64,000 nt of DNA, taken from Leucoraja ocellata. Taxonomy: Eukaryota. Position 1 is the first letter of the stretch. Every line of letters begins with the position of its first letter. This document shows positions 50,413-63,354 of the stretch, piece by piece. Location of the stretch: positions 4,278,001 through 4,342,000 of the forward strand of contig JAWMAR010000104.1 of assembly GCA_036785375.1 (NCBI GenBank), given 5' to 3'. The notes beneath the pieces are model-generated. The model made no database searches, was not told the DNA's origin, and saw only the letters and a list, made by a program, of their open reading frames with translations. A program made the translations under genes and the position numbers.

Positions 50413-53400
50413 GTGGATAAGCTAAATTCCAGTTAAAATGTTAAAATAACAACATTTTTTTTGCGAGATCGGACAAATAGTTTGAAAGGCAATTAACCGG
50501 AAGAATTGAAATACTGGTATTCGAATTACACCAGCATTTATCTAAGCGAGAAGTAAAAAATAAAAACGAATTCTGCCATATAGATATGTGTGGGCATATG
50601 ATTAAAGTTAATTGTCCATTGGAACGTAGAAGTTAAATCCTCAATTCGATTTTTACAAGAAACATGTTGAAAATGTCGTGAAATATCCAAACAAACCAAG
50701 AAAATGTTTACATATAATTATTGTGAATTATATAGCATTTATTAAACAATGATAACAATCGCCCATATTCATATCAACGTTGTTCTTCACATTTGATGAG
50801 GCTGAACTTATATTTTCTTTACCTTGGAGAACTATTAAATTTTACTGATTTTTTCGACGCTTTGTTTCTTATTGAGTTTGTCGAAACATTTTCATGTAGC
50901 TGGCAGTCAATGTGTAAGCAAACATTTTTGAGGTGTGGAACGCACGAGATAAATAAAGGGTCATGGGTATGTTCGTATTTATGAATATGCTCTCCATTCT
51001 GAAAGAGATCATTTTTGTAAAGATGTTATATATTTTTTAATCTGTTGCCATTGGTAATGCAGGAGGAATTCGATAATCCGTAATCTCGCTCACTTCTAGA
51101 TTTTTCAATATGCCATATAATTGGGTATTTAACTGAATATAGTAAAACTAAAAGTTTATCTAAAATACGAGCAAATTGTACAACTTTGAAGTAGGTTGCA
51201 TTATTGTACATGTTGCAACTGTCCTTCAAGTAAATGTTTAATGTAATCCCACATTTTGAGTCGAAAACCAGGACGAATCAAACAGTCGTGTATTATAATT
51301 TAACGAGTTGAGAATAGTAATAGGATAATACATTAGATTGGACAGAAATCACCAAGGCACAGTTGTGATTTCTGGAAATCTCAAATAACACGTGGAAGTA
51401 TTTGACGTTTTATTTTCCGAGAAAGAAAAATGACATTTCAATACAACTTGAGCTCTAATTAGACATGGATGGGGTACTTCGCAATTATTCAGACAGCTAA
51501 GTAGAAAATGGCAGCAATCAACAAATTGATTATATGCACAAGTAGTAGGATGATGGCGAGGGTAGTGTTGGGTTTAAGTGAAGGATACAGGCAAACAGGG
51601 ACACTTGAATGGGTATAGCAGAACCACGACCAAGAGCCATCGCAGAAAATAATGGCATGAGACGAAGTGCTGGTGATAAAGCAAATCTGAAATCAATATG
51701 AAAAGAATGGAAATCATTGTAAAAATCATCAGGTCATTCATTCTTTTTGAGCATTAACACTCTCATAGTTCCAGATCGATTATTTTTTCAGCGCTGAGAT
51801 TTTACATCGATTTTTATGTGAAGTTGCTCAGCTCTGAATTAAAATTGGCAGTAAAAATTTGAATCCGGAAACAGTGAGTCAGTCTGAAGAAAGGTCACGA
51901 CCCGAAACGTCATCCATTCCTTCTCTCCAGAGATACTACCTGTCCCGCTGAATTACTCCAGCACTCTGTGTCTATCTGTAGCTGAAACAATAGTGCACGA
52001 ATGCTGGTTATGGTCATCGGCCTTTCAATAATGGGAGAGATCAACATTCGTGTCGAAGCACAGACTAATGCTTTTGCCACCCATTCAGTCTACTTGATTG
52101 TTTCATCACGTGGATATCCACGTAGATGACTGAAAGCATCCTCCGTTGTCGCAATAATTTGTTGAATGGATTGAAAGGAAGAAACATTGCTGCCTCCAAA
52201 ATATTCCAAGTATAACGCTGAATGTCTGTGCTTTTGAACAAGTCACACCTCCAGTGTAACATTTATTGCTTCACACTCGAGAAAGCAGTATAATATTCGA
52301 CGAGCATCTCCAACCTTCGAGGGCATTTTACCCTTTTCATTTCTATCAAAGTGAAATGTACACTCTCTGATACCAACGTATGCAATTGTATGCAATTGAC
52401 GAAGACATAATATTGACATAACATTTTCTGAGTACAGGGCTGAAGGATTGTGTTGCAGAACTAAATCTAATCGAACATAACCACAAAAGCGTATTCATTG
52501 AGAACTGAAATATTGTCGAGGTGCGTTGTATTTTAAACAATGACTTGCTGCAATATTTTGCTCAATGCCACTCCAGCGGTTAGTGTTCACTCATGGTTAA
52601 CTGCTTAATTCAGCACTAACTTCATAATAACTTTCAGGCCGATGCTTACTTTGCATTGCGCTAAAGTCACTCACGTTTAGGCTGAGTTACTACAATGGCC
52701 CAAACGTTGATGCGAGGTTTCTAGTTTCAAAACGGCCATTGACCGTGATTGAATTTGATCAAGAATGATTGAAAGACATATCAGCAAAATGCATGATCGA
52801 ATAGAACCTGAGCGAAGCTTTCCATTGACATTAAGTATGGAATGTTGGACCTGTTCGACCACATTCGCCTTATTCCAGGTATTTGTTGCTCGACATTCCC
52901 AGTTGATGTCCCATGTAGTTAGACATAAAATGCTGGAGTAACTCTGCGGGACAGGCAGCATTTCTGAACAGAAGCAATGGGTGACGTTTCGGGTCGAGAC
53001 GCTTCTTCAGACTTCAGTCCAGCCAAACATCAGTCTCGACCAGAAAAGCCACCCATTCCTTCTCTCCAGAAATGCTGCTTGGCCCGCTGAGTTACTCCAG
53101 CATTTTGCGTCTACCTTCAGTTTAAGCAAGTATCTGAAGCTCGTTCCTCCACAATGCCATATGCTGTTAAGTTTAACCCTCTCCCCGTTACGCTTTCCTT
53201 CAGATTGGCTTACACTTGCGCACTGCAGGACCCTCCCTGTTCACTACACAATAGAATATCTAATTTGATTAGGACTGGCCACACTCAGCGGCAATAGACT
53301 TTTTTTGTTTTACACAATCAAGTAACAGTGGCGCTGCCTAATAGGCAACTAATAAATATTTCAGACTGCAGACGTCTAATCACCGGGCACTGTCCACCTA

Positions 53401-56400
53401 TTTAATATTATTGGCATGGTGGTTGACTATTCTCAATTAGAATACTGATGCACCTGCCACATACATTGTCGACCACATTGTTGACCCAACCTACAATATA
53501 AAAATTCTAATCCTTCAGCACGATCGTCGCTACTGCCATCAATGTCGACTTTTTCAATTTATATAATTTAAAGATTATTACAAAATTATGATACGATTTC
53601 TACTTACCTAAACTAACAGAAACAAAGTAATTCGTGAAAAAGACATATAATTAATCATAAAGAACATAAACTGCCCTCGCATCACAGGTCAGCAACAACA
53701 TCCAACAGCATTCAAATAGACAATGCAAACCAGAGTAGTTGAATGTAAAGTTCATTTGCGCACCAGAGTTCAAAGATTGTGCTTGCTCAGTGAGCTTNNN
53801 NNNNNNNNNNNNNNNNNNNNNNNNNNNNNNNNNNNNNNNNNNNNNNNNNNNNNNNNNNNNNNNNNNNNNNNNNNNNNNNNNNNNNNNNNNNNNNNNNNNN
53901 NNNNNNNNNNNNNNNNNNNNNNNNNNNNNNNNNNNNNNNNNNNNNNNNNNNNNNAATTAATATTTAATATTGATGATGTTGAAGATCTTTCATCAGAATA
54001 GTGCAGGTTTGATAAGATTGTCAATGAATGGTTACATACACTTGTGTAACTCACTGTTCAATCTTGCGAATCATAAAATGCCTAGTGAAAAGATGATAAA
54101 GTATTCTTCAAATTACTTTAGATTTTCTTTTCAAGGGTGTAAGGGACCAACGAAAGTGTGGTCAGAGTGTGGCTGACATTAAACTTAAAGTGGCAAGGAA
54201 ATGGCAGCATAGCAGAATAATCTACAATATCTACAAAGCCGATTCTGAATTTAATGTGTTTCTCCATTGTGGAATGGATCCTATTGCGCACGCAGCATGA
54301 AGATTGCTATATTGGAAGGAGTGAGTGTAAGTTGCCCTATTAGTTGAAATGACCATTTGTGTCTGTTGATATTGGCATGTGTAGAATGCATGCGGTCATA
54401 GATGGTAGGAGCATAATTAGGCCATTCGGTCCATCAATTCTACTACGCCATTCAATCATGGCTGATATATCTCTCCTCCTTAACCCATTCTCTTTCCTTC
54501 TCCCCATAACCCCTGACACCCGTACTAATAAAGAGTTAGGCTGGAAGACGTTACATCTCCAACGATCGCAAAAAAATGTGCCATTCAAAGAGTGATGCGT
54601 GCTAAGGGAGATGTATTGTGACGTAAGCAATTACCGACTGAGCAATTTCTTGGTGAGCCTGTGTAGACGTGGCTGGTTGTAACGTCATGCGCAATGAGAC
54701 AGAGGTAATGGAGAATAATCCATTGATTGTAGAGGATGTTGCGACAAAGAGGAGACAATTGCAAAATTATTATCAGAACAGATAAGATGGAGTAAGAGAT
54801 ACTTGGAACACGGAATGGTTTTCTTGTAGGAAGAAATATGGGAGGAGATGTGGACAAGATTGTGTGAGCATAGGACAGCAACTGACATGATGGTTCTCCA
54901 CTGGAATCATTGATGAGACCATCAGCCGGAATCAAGGTAGTATGTGTCAGTACATGATAGCCAACTCGACGCCCCATTTGCTATTCAAAGTGTTGATATA
55001 TATGGCTGCAGCGTACGGGGAGGTTGATGTCAATTCTCGCGGGAACTGCTGAAGAGATGCAAGTACGTTTTGGGTAATTGTGGTGATAAGGACAAATCAG
55101 CGTCGATGGTGAATGACGCTTCTGATTTATTTTCCTTCGAAGCATCTTAAATCAATCAAGCCAGATAAACAACGGAATAACTCCACTGGTGTGTGTTAAT
55201 GCAATTCCACCATTATTCCAAAAGCATGATAATATTAAGGGAAACAAATTTAATTAACATCTAACATATCGCCTTAAATTACCCATTTATTAACGAAGAA
55301 GAAAAGTGCAAAGAAATGTGAGGTGTTCCATGATGGGAACATAGGCAGGTGAATGGTAGGGCTCTGGGTAGTGTTGCAGAGCAGAGGGATCTAGGAATGC
55401 AGGTACAATTTATATAATACAATACAATACAATACCGTTTATTTGTCATTTGAACCTCACATGAAGTTCAAACGAAATTTGGTTTCTGCAGTCATACAAC
55501 AGGAAAAGAACCAAGACACACACCAACACAATTTACACAAACATCCATCACAGTGGATCTCCTCCTCACTGTGATGGAAGGCAACGTTTTGTCTCTCCCC
55601 TGCTCTCAATTGTTCTCCCGAAGTCAAAGTCATGATTCCTTGAAGGTGGAGTAGCAAGTAGATCGCGTCGTCAAAAAGGGTTTTCGCAGATCGGCCTACG
55701 TCAGCCAGAGTATTGAGTATAGAAGTTGGGAGGTAATGTTGCAGTTGTATACGTCGTTGGCGAGGCCGCATTTAGAGTATTGCTGTCAGTTCTGGGCACC
55801 GTATTATGGGAAAGATGTTGTCAAGATGGAAAGGGTGCAGAAAAGATTTACGAGGATGTTGCCAGAAATAGAGGGTCTGAGCTATAGGCAGAGTAGGCTG
55901 GGACTCTATTCCTTGGAGCCTAGGAGGATGAGGGGTGATCTTATAGAGGTAGATAAGATCATGCGAGGAATAGATCCGCTAGATGTACAGAGTAACTTGT
56001 CCAGAGTAGGGGAATCGAGAACCAGCGGACATAGCTTTAAGGTGAAGGGGAAAATATTTAATAGGAATGTGAGGGGTAACCTTTTCACATAAAGGGTGGT
56101 GGTTGCATGGAACAAGCAGCCAGAGGAGGTAGTCGAGGCAAGGACTATCCTAACGTTCCAGGAACAGTTAAACAGGTACATGGATACGACAGGTTTAGAG
56201 GGATATGGACAAAATGCGGGCAGGTGGGACCAGTGCAGCTGGAATATGTTGGCCGGTGCAGGCAAGTTGGGCCGATGGGCACTGTATCACTCTATGACTC
56301 TATGGCTATCACTAAATGCTGTAGCCAATACCAATAACAAAATAAATGCACCGTAGCAATTAGGGCTTCATGTACCTCGAACATCCAAGCGCAGTCGACA

Positions 56401-56705
56401 AATACAGGAAACGCATAGTAGCTACACCATTAGAATGTTTTCACGCAATTTACTCTTCTTTCTGATTTGAATTATACCAACTATCATTGAGCTTTTCGAT
56501 CAAACTACAGCAACGTTTATTCGCAGTACTATGCGAATAAACCTCACTGACCGTGCTACCAAACATGGATTATCCCCACATTGCAACAACAATCTAGTAA
56601 TAAACGTTAGCATTCCCGATGGGGCCAGATTACATTTAAAAAAAAGTCGTTTATCGTGTCTGGTCAGTAGAAAAACCACTTAATATGAATACCTAATCCA
56701 CTGGA

Positions 56706-56940
56706 AGGTACACAAAAATGCTGGAGAAACTCAGCGGGTGCAGCAGCATCTATGGAGCGAAGGAAATGGGCGACGTTTCGGGCCGAACCCCTTCTTCATT
56801 CTGATATTCAGTCTGAAGAAGGGTTTCGGCTCGAAACGTCGCCTATTTCCTTCGCTCCATAGATGCTGCTGCACCCCCTGAGTTTCTCCAGCATTTTTGT
56901 GTACCTTCGATCTTCCAGCATCTGCAGTTCCTTCTTGAAC
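56706..56940 (+). mobile_element. Complete inverted-repeat Penelope-type short element with perfect 15-bp TSD
   Basis: ACCTAATCCACTGGA at 56691-56705 and 56941-56955; ~95 bp inverted arms; hammerhead core at 56813-56840. Confidence 0.85.
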
Positions 56941-58508
56941 ACCTAATCCACTGGATCTGATTAATAGATCAATGCTATAAACTTGCAATGTCGGTTTCAT
57001 TCTTTTAAACACTGGATTGCTATAGAACAGAATCATTATGATATCATGGTTTAGGTTCATCACAACAAATTAGAACTGCCCATTTGTAGACGAGCGCTTC
57101 AATCGCGTAGGCATGGAAGAAATCGATCCAAATGCTGGAAGGTGGGATTACTACCGATGAGTGCCGATACGTCGGTCTGGTCCGAATGCACTGTTTTACA
57201 TACTGTACGACTCCAAGTTTTAATTTTGTACTATCTGCCGGTTCGACCTGATATTACAGACTTCCGTTTTACGACAATCAATTACAAACAATTTCAAAAA
57301 GCACTTAAATAATGTTATCAACACGCTCCTAAGAATTGTATAGAAAGGAAATGCAGACGCTGGTCTAAACCGAAGAAATACACAAAATGCTGGAGTAACT
57401 CAGCGGGACAGGTAGCATCGCTGGAGAGAAGGAATGCGTCGAGACCCTTCTTCAGACTGACTTGTCACCCAATCCTTCGCTCCAGAGATGCTGCCTGTCC
57501 CGTTGAGTTACTCCAGCATGTTGTGTCACTCCTAAGAATTAATTACAACCCCTTTCAAGGTAGCTTTGCCAACTTACTTATTTATCTTATCACTTTAAGT
57601 TCCTGATGACTTTCAAAATTATCAGTTGCGATGCACTGCCGGAAACTACTTCCGGGATGTTTAAATTTACCTCAAGTGAACATGGAATATTTAGCAGAGC
57701 AAATCACAGTAATAGCCCTCTCAAGATTCTGACAAAATTCTATAAATTCAATACTATCAGCTTTGGCCAATGTTTAATATTATAATAAGCTAATTGATAA
57801 CATTTGTATGTTTTGGCCTCCACGGAACGCGTCCAATATGTATCTGACATGAGAGGCTGTCTGAAAATGTGTCTCGACCCGAAACGTCACACATTCCTTC
57901 TCTCCAGAGATGCTGCCTGGCCCACTGAGTTACCCCATCATTTTGTGTTTATCTTCGGTTTTTCCATTAGATAGGGCACACTGATTCTTCTCTACCTCAT
58001 TGCGGATATTGGACTTTTCCTCTGGACTTGATACTCTACAATGCTGAGAACTATATTCTACACTCTTTATCATTCTCTTCGCGCTACCTATTGTATTTGG
58101 ATTTGACTTGGATATATTTATGTAAATATTATCTCCTTTGATTGGATAAAATGCAAATCCTCGCTTTTCACCTCGGTACTCGTACAAATAAACCTTAATC
58201 TACACAATCGAAATAATGCCGAATGCATGAGAATGGTGGAAACAGGTTCAACGTTCAGCCGTTCACTTAGTTTTCATCATCCAGTTAATTAAAGAGCAAC
58301 AAATTAGACAACAACGCAATGAGTAAACACGCAAATCAGCGACTCTGACCACAGATTCGCGAAAGAAATATGAAGTGGTACAAAGAGAAGGGGAAATGCA
58401 GGAAATGGGCATCATTGCAATAGAAGGTCGGCATTTGAAATCTAAACCTGTCTTACTCTGAGATGTAGATGTAAAATCTGCGCGATACATTTTCGTCACA
58501 TGACTCAC

Positions 58509-60959
58509 CTCATTTGACCAGGTCTTCTGCGGCTTTGCATACTGCAACGTATATCGGCCGTCCATTCCGGTAATTCCTGATATGTGTGGACTGAATGGTG
58601 TGAAAAACATTTCCTCTGGCTCCGGTGCTGACCGAATTGTGTAACGGTAGGATTCTGAAAGAGACCCATTGCCGCGCACCTCAAGTATACCGGGAAGGAG
58701 GTGGGAATCCCTAGCAAGTTGAAGGTTGACATTTGCATTTTGATATTCCAATTTTCTGGTGCAGCAACAGCTACCGAAGAGGCACACGCTGCAGGAAGCG
58801 GCACTGTGGCCTCTTGGACAAGTTACGACTACAAGTGCAATGATAACCACCAGCAGAATTAAAGAAGTCGCTCCCAAAGTTATTATTATGTAAAGACTTA
58901 ACTGTTGCGTGCCTTTGAAATCCGGACGCGATTCAATAAATTCCGGCTGATAGGTTATAGGTCCCTCAATTACCGTCAGGCTTAAAGTGGTCGTAGCTGA
59001 AAGAGCCGGGTAACCGTTGTCTTTCACTTGGATAATTAGTTTTTGTGTGGTGACGTCGCTATCTTTGAGCTGCCGAACACTCCTTACTTCTCCGGAACTA
59101 TGTGAAACCGTGAAAAGACCCGGAACACTGGCCTGTTTCAGATGATAGGATAGCTGGGCATTTTTACCAGAATCTGCGTCGGAAGCAATAATTTGTGTCA
59201 CCAAATATCCTGGATCTGCAGAGCGGCTCACATGAAAATTGGTATTGCGTTTTGTTCCAGGTGTTAGTATGATAGGTGGATTGTCGTTTTGATCCAGAAC
59301 AACCACCTGCACAGCCACCTCGCTGAAAAGTGATGGTAATCCGGCATCCTCAGCTCGAACCTGAAACTGAAACGTCTTAAATTGCTCGTAATCAAATGAT
59401 CTTTTAGAGTAAATGCTGCCATTATTGGGGTTGATATAGGCATAGGATGACACTGGCACTGACTGAACCTGGTAGTCCAAAATAGTGTAAGACAGACGTG
59501 AATTTCGGTCAGTATCAGGATCTAAAGCAGTCACTGATCTGATGTAACTCTCCGGTGCATTGTTTTCGGACACGTAGACCGTGTAGGAACGTTGCGTAAA
59601 TTGCGGCGCATTGTCATTCACGTCGGAAACGTCGACAATAATCGTGGTATTGGTAAATAGTGGAGGGGACCCACGGTCTTTACACGCCACAGTAATTATA
59701 TATTGAAAAGCGCTTTCTCGGTCCAGTAATGCACTTGTGACAAGTCTGTAAGAATTGACAAAGGAGGATTTCAGATCAAACGGGAGGTTTGGAGAAACAC
59801 GGCAATCAATGTTTCCATTTTGATTGGAATCCCGATCTGTTACACTGACAAACGCAATCAAAGTTCCAGTCTGAGCATCTTCTCTGATGCTATCGGAAAT
59901 GGAATTTAGTGTCATCTCTGGAGCATTGTCATTGACATCTGTAATCTCCACCCGCACGTTACAGTGCTCCGAAAGCGGTTGTATCCCTCTGTCGTTAGCC
60001 TCCACGTGAATGAGAAAAACATTTGATTTTTCAAAATCCAAAATTCCTTTTGTATGAATTTCCCCTGAGAACGGATTAATGGTGAATACTTCAGTTATTT
60101 TGGGCTCATTGTTGCTGCTAAATGAATAAACGATCTCACCATTGGTACCCTGGTCTAAATCAGTCGCGTTCAGCCTGATCACTAAAGAATTAGGAGGCAC
60201 ATTCTCCCTCAGACTAACACTATAAAAAGATTTCTGGAAAACAGGAGGATTATCATTTACATCTAGGATATTGATAGTTATGTGAGCGGTACCTGACCTT
60301 TCTGGAGTGCCGCCGTCAATAGCCGTCAGTAATAAAGTATACACTGATTGTTTTTCTCGGTCGAGAATGTTCTCCAGTACTAACGCAGGTAATTTCCACT
60401 TTCCTGTATTCTGTACATCTAACGTAAAATATTTGTTCGCATTGAGCTGATATGTGCGAACCGAATTATTTTTCCCGTCCAGATCATGTGCGCGCTCTAA
60501 TGGAAAGCGGGTCCCGGGCATTACTGACTCTGGAATCTTCAAATCAATTTCCCTGTTCGGAAAAGTCGGAGAGTTATCATTTAAATCCAGAACCTCAACT
60601 TCCACACGGTACTGCTCCACTGGATTTTCCACCACCGCTTCCATGAGTAGTACGCAGTTATCACTCTGACCACATAGTTGTTCCCTGTCAATTCTTGCAT
60701 TCACAAATAAAATTCCATTGACGCGGTTCACATCCAAATATTGTATTGACGCGACAGATATTATTCTGAATTTACGACTTGATAGCTCTTCCGAGCTCAA
60801 ACCCAAATCCTTTCCGATATTCCCGACGAATGCTCCGTGTTCCAGCTCTTCGGGAATGGAGTAACGAATCTGCCCGGAAACTAGATTCCACAGACAAAGC
60901 AGAAAGATGGACGATATCCCCGACTTTACACGCACACGCAGAACGCCCATTTGTGTCAT
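58509..60959 (-). CDS. Clustered protocadherin variable exon, subtype B copy 2
   Basis: ORF 58263..60995; ATG at 60959; donor GAG|GTGAGT at 58509/58508; I count 12 amino-acid differences from B1 within the exon. Confidence 0.95.
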
Positions 60960-61104
60960 TTCTTTAGCAGGGTAATTTGGCCAAACCTTAAACAAATGTT
61001 TTTGCGGTTGATCGTATTCTGTTCAATAACCGGCGCAATCCATTCAATGTGGAAAATAACTATATAAGCGTGGTCGGCTGCAGAGAAGGTTCGCTTTGTT
61101 CCAG

Positions 61105-61228
61105 GCCGCCATTTTTCTGCTTCCTTTCTCAAGGATTGGGGGATGGGTGGTGGATCACAAGCTGCATTTCACCACCTTATTGGTAGACAGCGACACAAAG
61201 AGTCTCAGCCTATAACTGCACTGAGAAT
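61105..61228 (-). promoter_or_regulatory. Variable-exon promoter B2 (CSE block)
   Basis: Copy of the B1 block; CSE at 61179-61220. Confidence 0.85.
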
Positions 61229-61509
61229 ATTAATAACGTTGAACTCTGGTGAAAAGTAAACGTTTAACTAGTTTAAGATAAAGCATTCTAAGATTTTGGA
61301 ATGAATTTCCTATAACGTACAATCAAATTGGTATTCCAACTATTACCTGAACATAAGACTGGAACATCAAAAGTTACGTTGCAACGAAACGCAGGCAAGG
61401 TTTGGAAATATTTTTGCCGATTTGATGAAATAACAAATTCAATACGCGTTTTCCCCCCCATATTTCTATGCAAAGCAAGAAGGTGTTGCATTGTAAATTC
61501 CGGACTGAA

Positions 61510-63354
61510 ATATAACAATTACAGCACGGAAACAGGCCATCTCGGCCCTTCCATTCCGTGCCGAACACTTACTCTCACGTCCCATCTACCTGCACTCAGA
61601 CCATAACCCTCCATTCCTTTCCCGTCCATACTCCTATCCAATTCATTTTTAAATGATAAAAACGAACCTGCCTCCACCACTTCCACTGGAAGCTCATTCC
61701 ACACAGCTACCACTCTGAGTAAAGAGGTTCCCCGTCATGTTACCCCTAAACTTCTGTCCCTTAATTCTCAAATCATGTCCTCTTATTTGAATCTTCTCTA
61801 CTCTCAATGGGAAAAGCTTGTCCACGTCAACTCTGTCTATCCCTCTCATCATTTTAAAGACCTCTATCAAGTCCCCCCTTAACCTTCTGCGCTCCAAAGA
61901 ATAAAGACCTAACTTGTTCAACCTTTCTCTGTAACTTAGGTGCAGAAACCTAGGCAACATTCTAATAAATCTCATCTGTACTCTCGCTATATTGTTGACA
62001 TCTTTCATACAATTTGGCGACCAGAATTGTATACCATATTCCAGAATTGGCCTCACCAATGCCTTGTACAATTTTAACATTACACCCCAACTTCTATACT
62101 CAATGATCTGTCGTGTACGTCATATTTGGATTTGTCCTGCCAAGATGTAGCGCCTCACACTTATCAGCATTAATCTCCATCTGCCATCTTTCACCCCACT
62201 CTTCCAAATGGCCAAAATCTCTCTGTAGATTTTGAAAATCTACTTAATTATCCAGAACACCACCTATCTTAGTATCATCTGCATACTTACTAATCCAATT
62301 TACCACACCATCATCCAGATCATTGATGTATATGACAAACAGCAGTGGACCCAACACAGACCCCTGATGCACCCCACTAGTCACCGGCCTCCAACCTGAC
62401 AAACAGTTGTCCACCATTGCTCTCTGGTATCTCCCATTCAGCCACGATTGAATCCATCTTGCTACTCCACTATTAATACGCAATAATTGAACCTTCTTAA
62501 CCAACCTTCCACGTGGAACCTTGTCAAATGTCTTACTGAAGTCCATATAGACAACATCCACCGCTTTACCCTCATCAATTTTCCTAGTAACCTCTTCAAA
62601 AAATTCAAGAAGATTAGTCAAACATGACCTTCCAGGCACAAATCCATGTTGACTGTTCTTAATCAGACCCTGTTTATCCAGATGCTTATATATACTATCT
62701 CTAAGTATCCTTTCCATTAATTTGCCCACCACTGACGTCAAACTAACAGGTCTATAATTGCTAGGTTTACTCTTAGAACCCTTTTAAAACAATGGAACAA
62801 CATGGGCAGTATGCCAATCCTCTGGCACTATTACCGTTTCTAATGACATTTGAAATATTTCTGTCATAGCCCCTGATATTTCTACACTAACTTCCCTCAC
62901 TGTCCTAGGGAATATCCTGTCAGGACCTGGAGACTTATCCACTTTTATATTTTTCAAAAGTGTCAGTACTTCCTCTTCTTTGATCCCCTGTTTCCTTACT
63001 TCTTTCCGTTACCTCACATAATTCAATATCCTTCTCCTTTGTGAATACCGAAGAAAATACATTGTTCAATATCTCCCCACTCTCTTTTGGCTCTGCCCAT
63101 AGCTGTTCACTCTGACTCTCTGATGGACCAATTGTATCCCTCGTTATCCTTTTGCTATTAATATAGCTGTAGAAACCCTTTGGATTTACTTTCACCTTAC
63201 TTGCTAAAGCAACCACATATCTTCTATTAGCTTTTGTAATTTATTTCTTAAGATTCCTTTTATATTCTTTATACTCCTCAAGCACCTCATTTACTCCATA
63301 CCGTCTGTAATTATTGTAGATCTCTCTTTTTTTCTGAACCAAGTGTCCAATTTC
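61510..63354 (-). mobile_element. CR1 LINE, duplicate of 35341-37600 with its 5' part deleted
   Basis: ORFs 61694..62080, 62244..62741 and 62935..63216; shares the same internal deletion (~62110 versus ~35940). Confidence 0.93.

Noticed and set aside
2925-60959. Assignment to a named gene (PCDH10, PCDHGC, PCDHA) or to an elephant-shark subcluster
   Set aside because: Needs phylogeny and the constant exons; the tandem exons with CSE promoters support only the clustered-protocadherin call.
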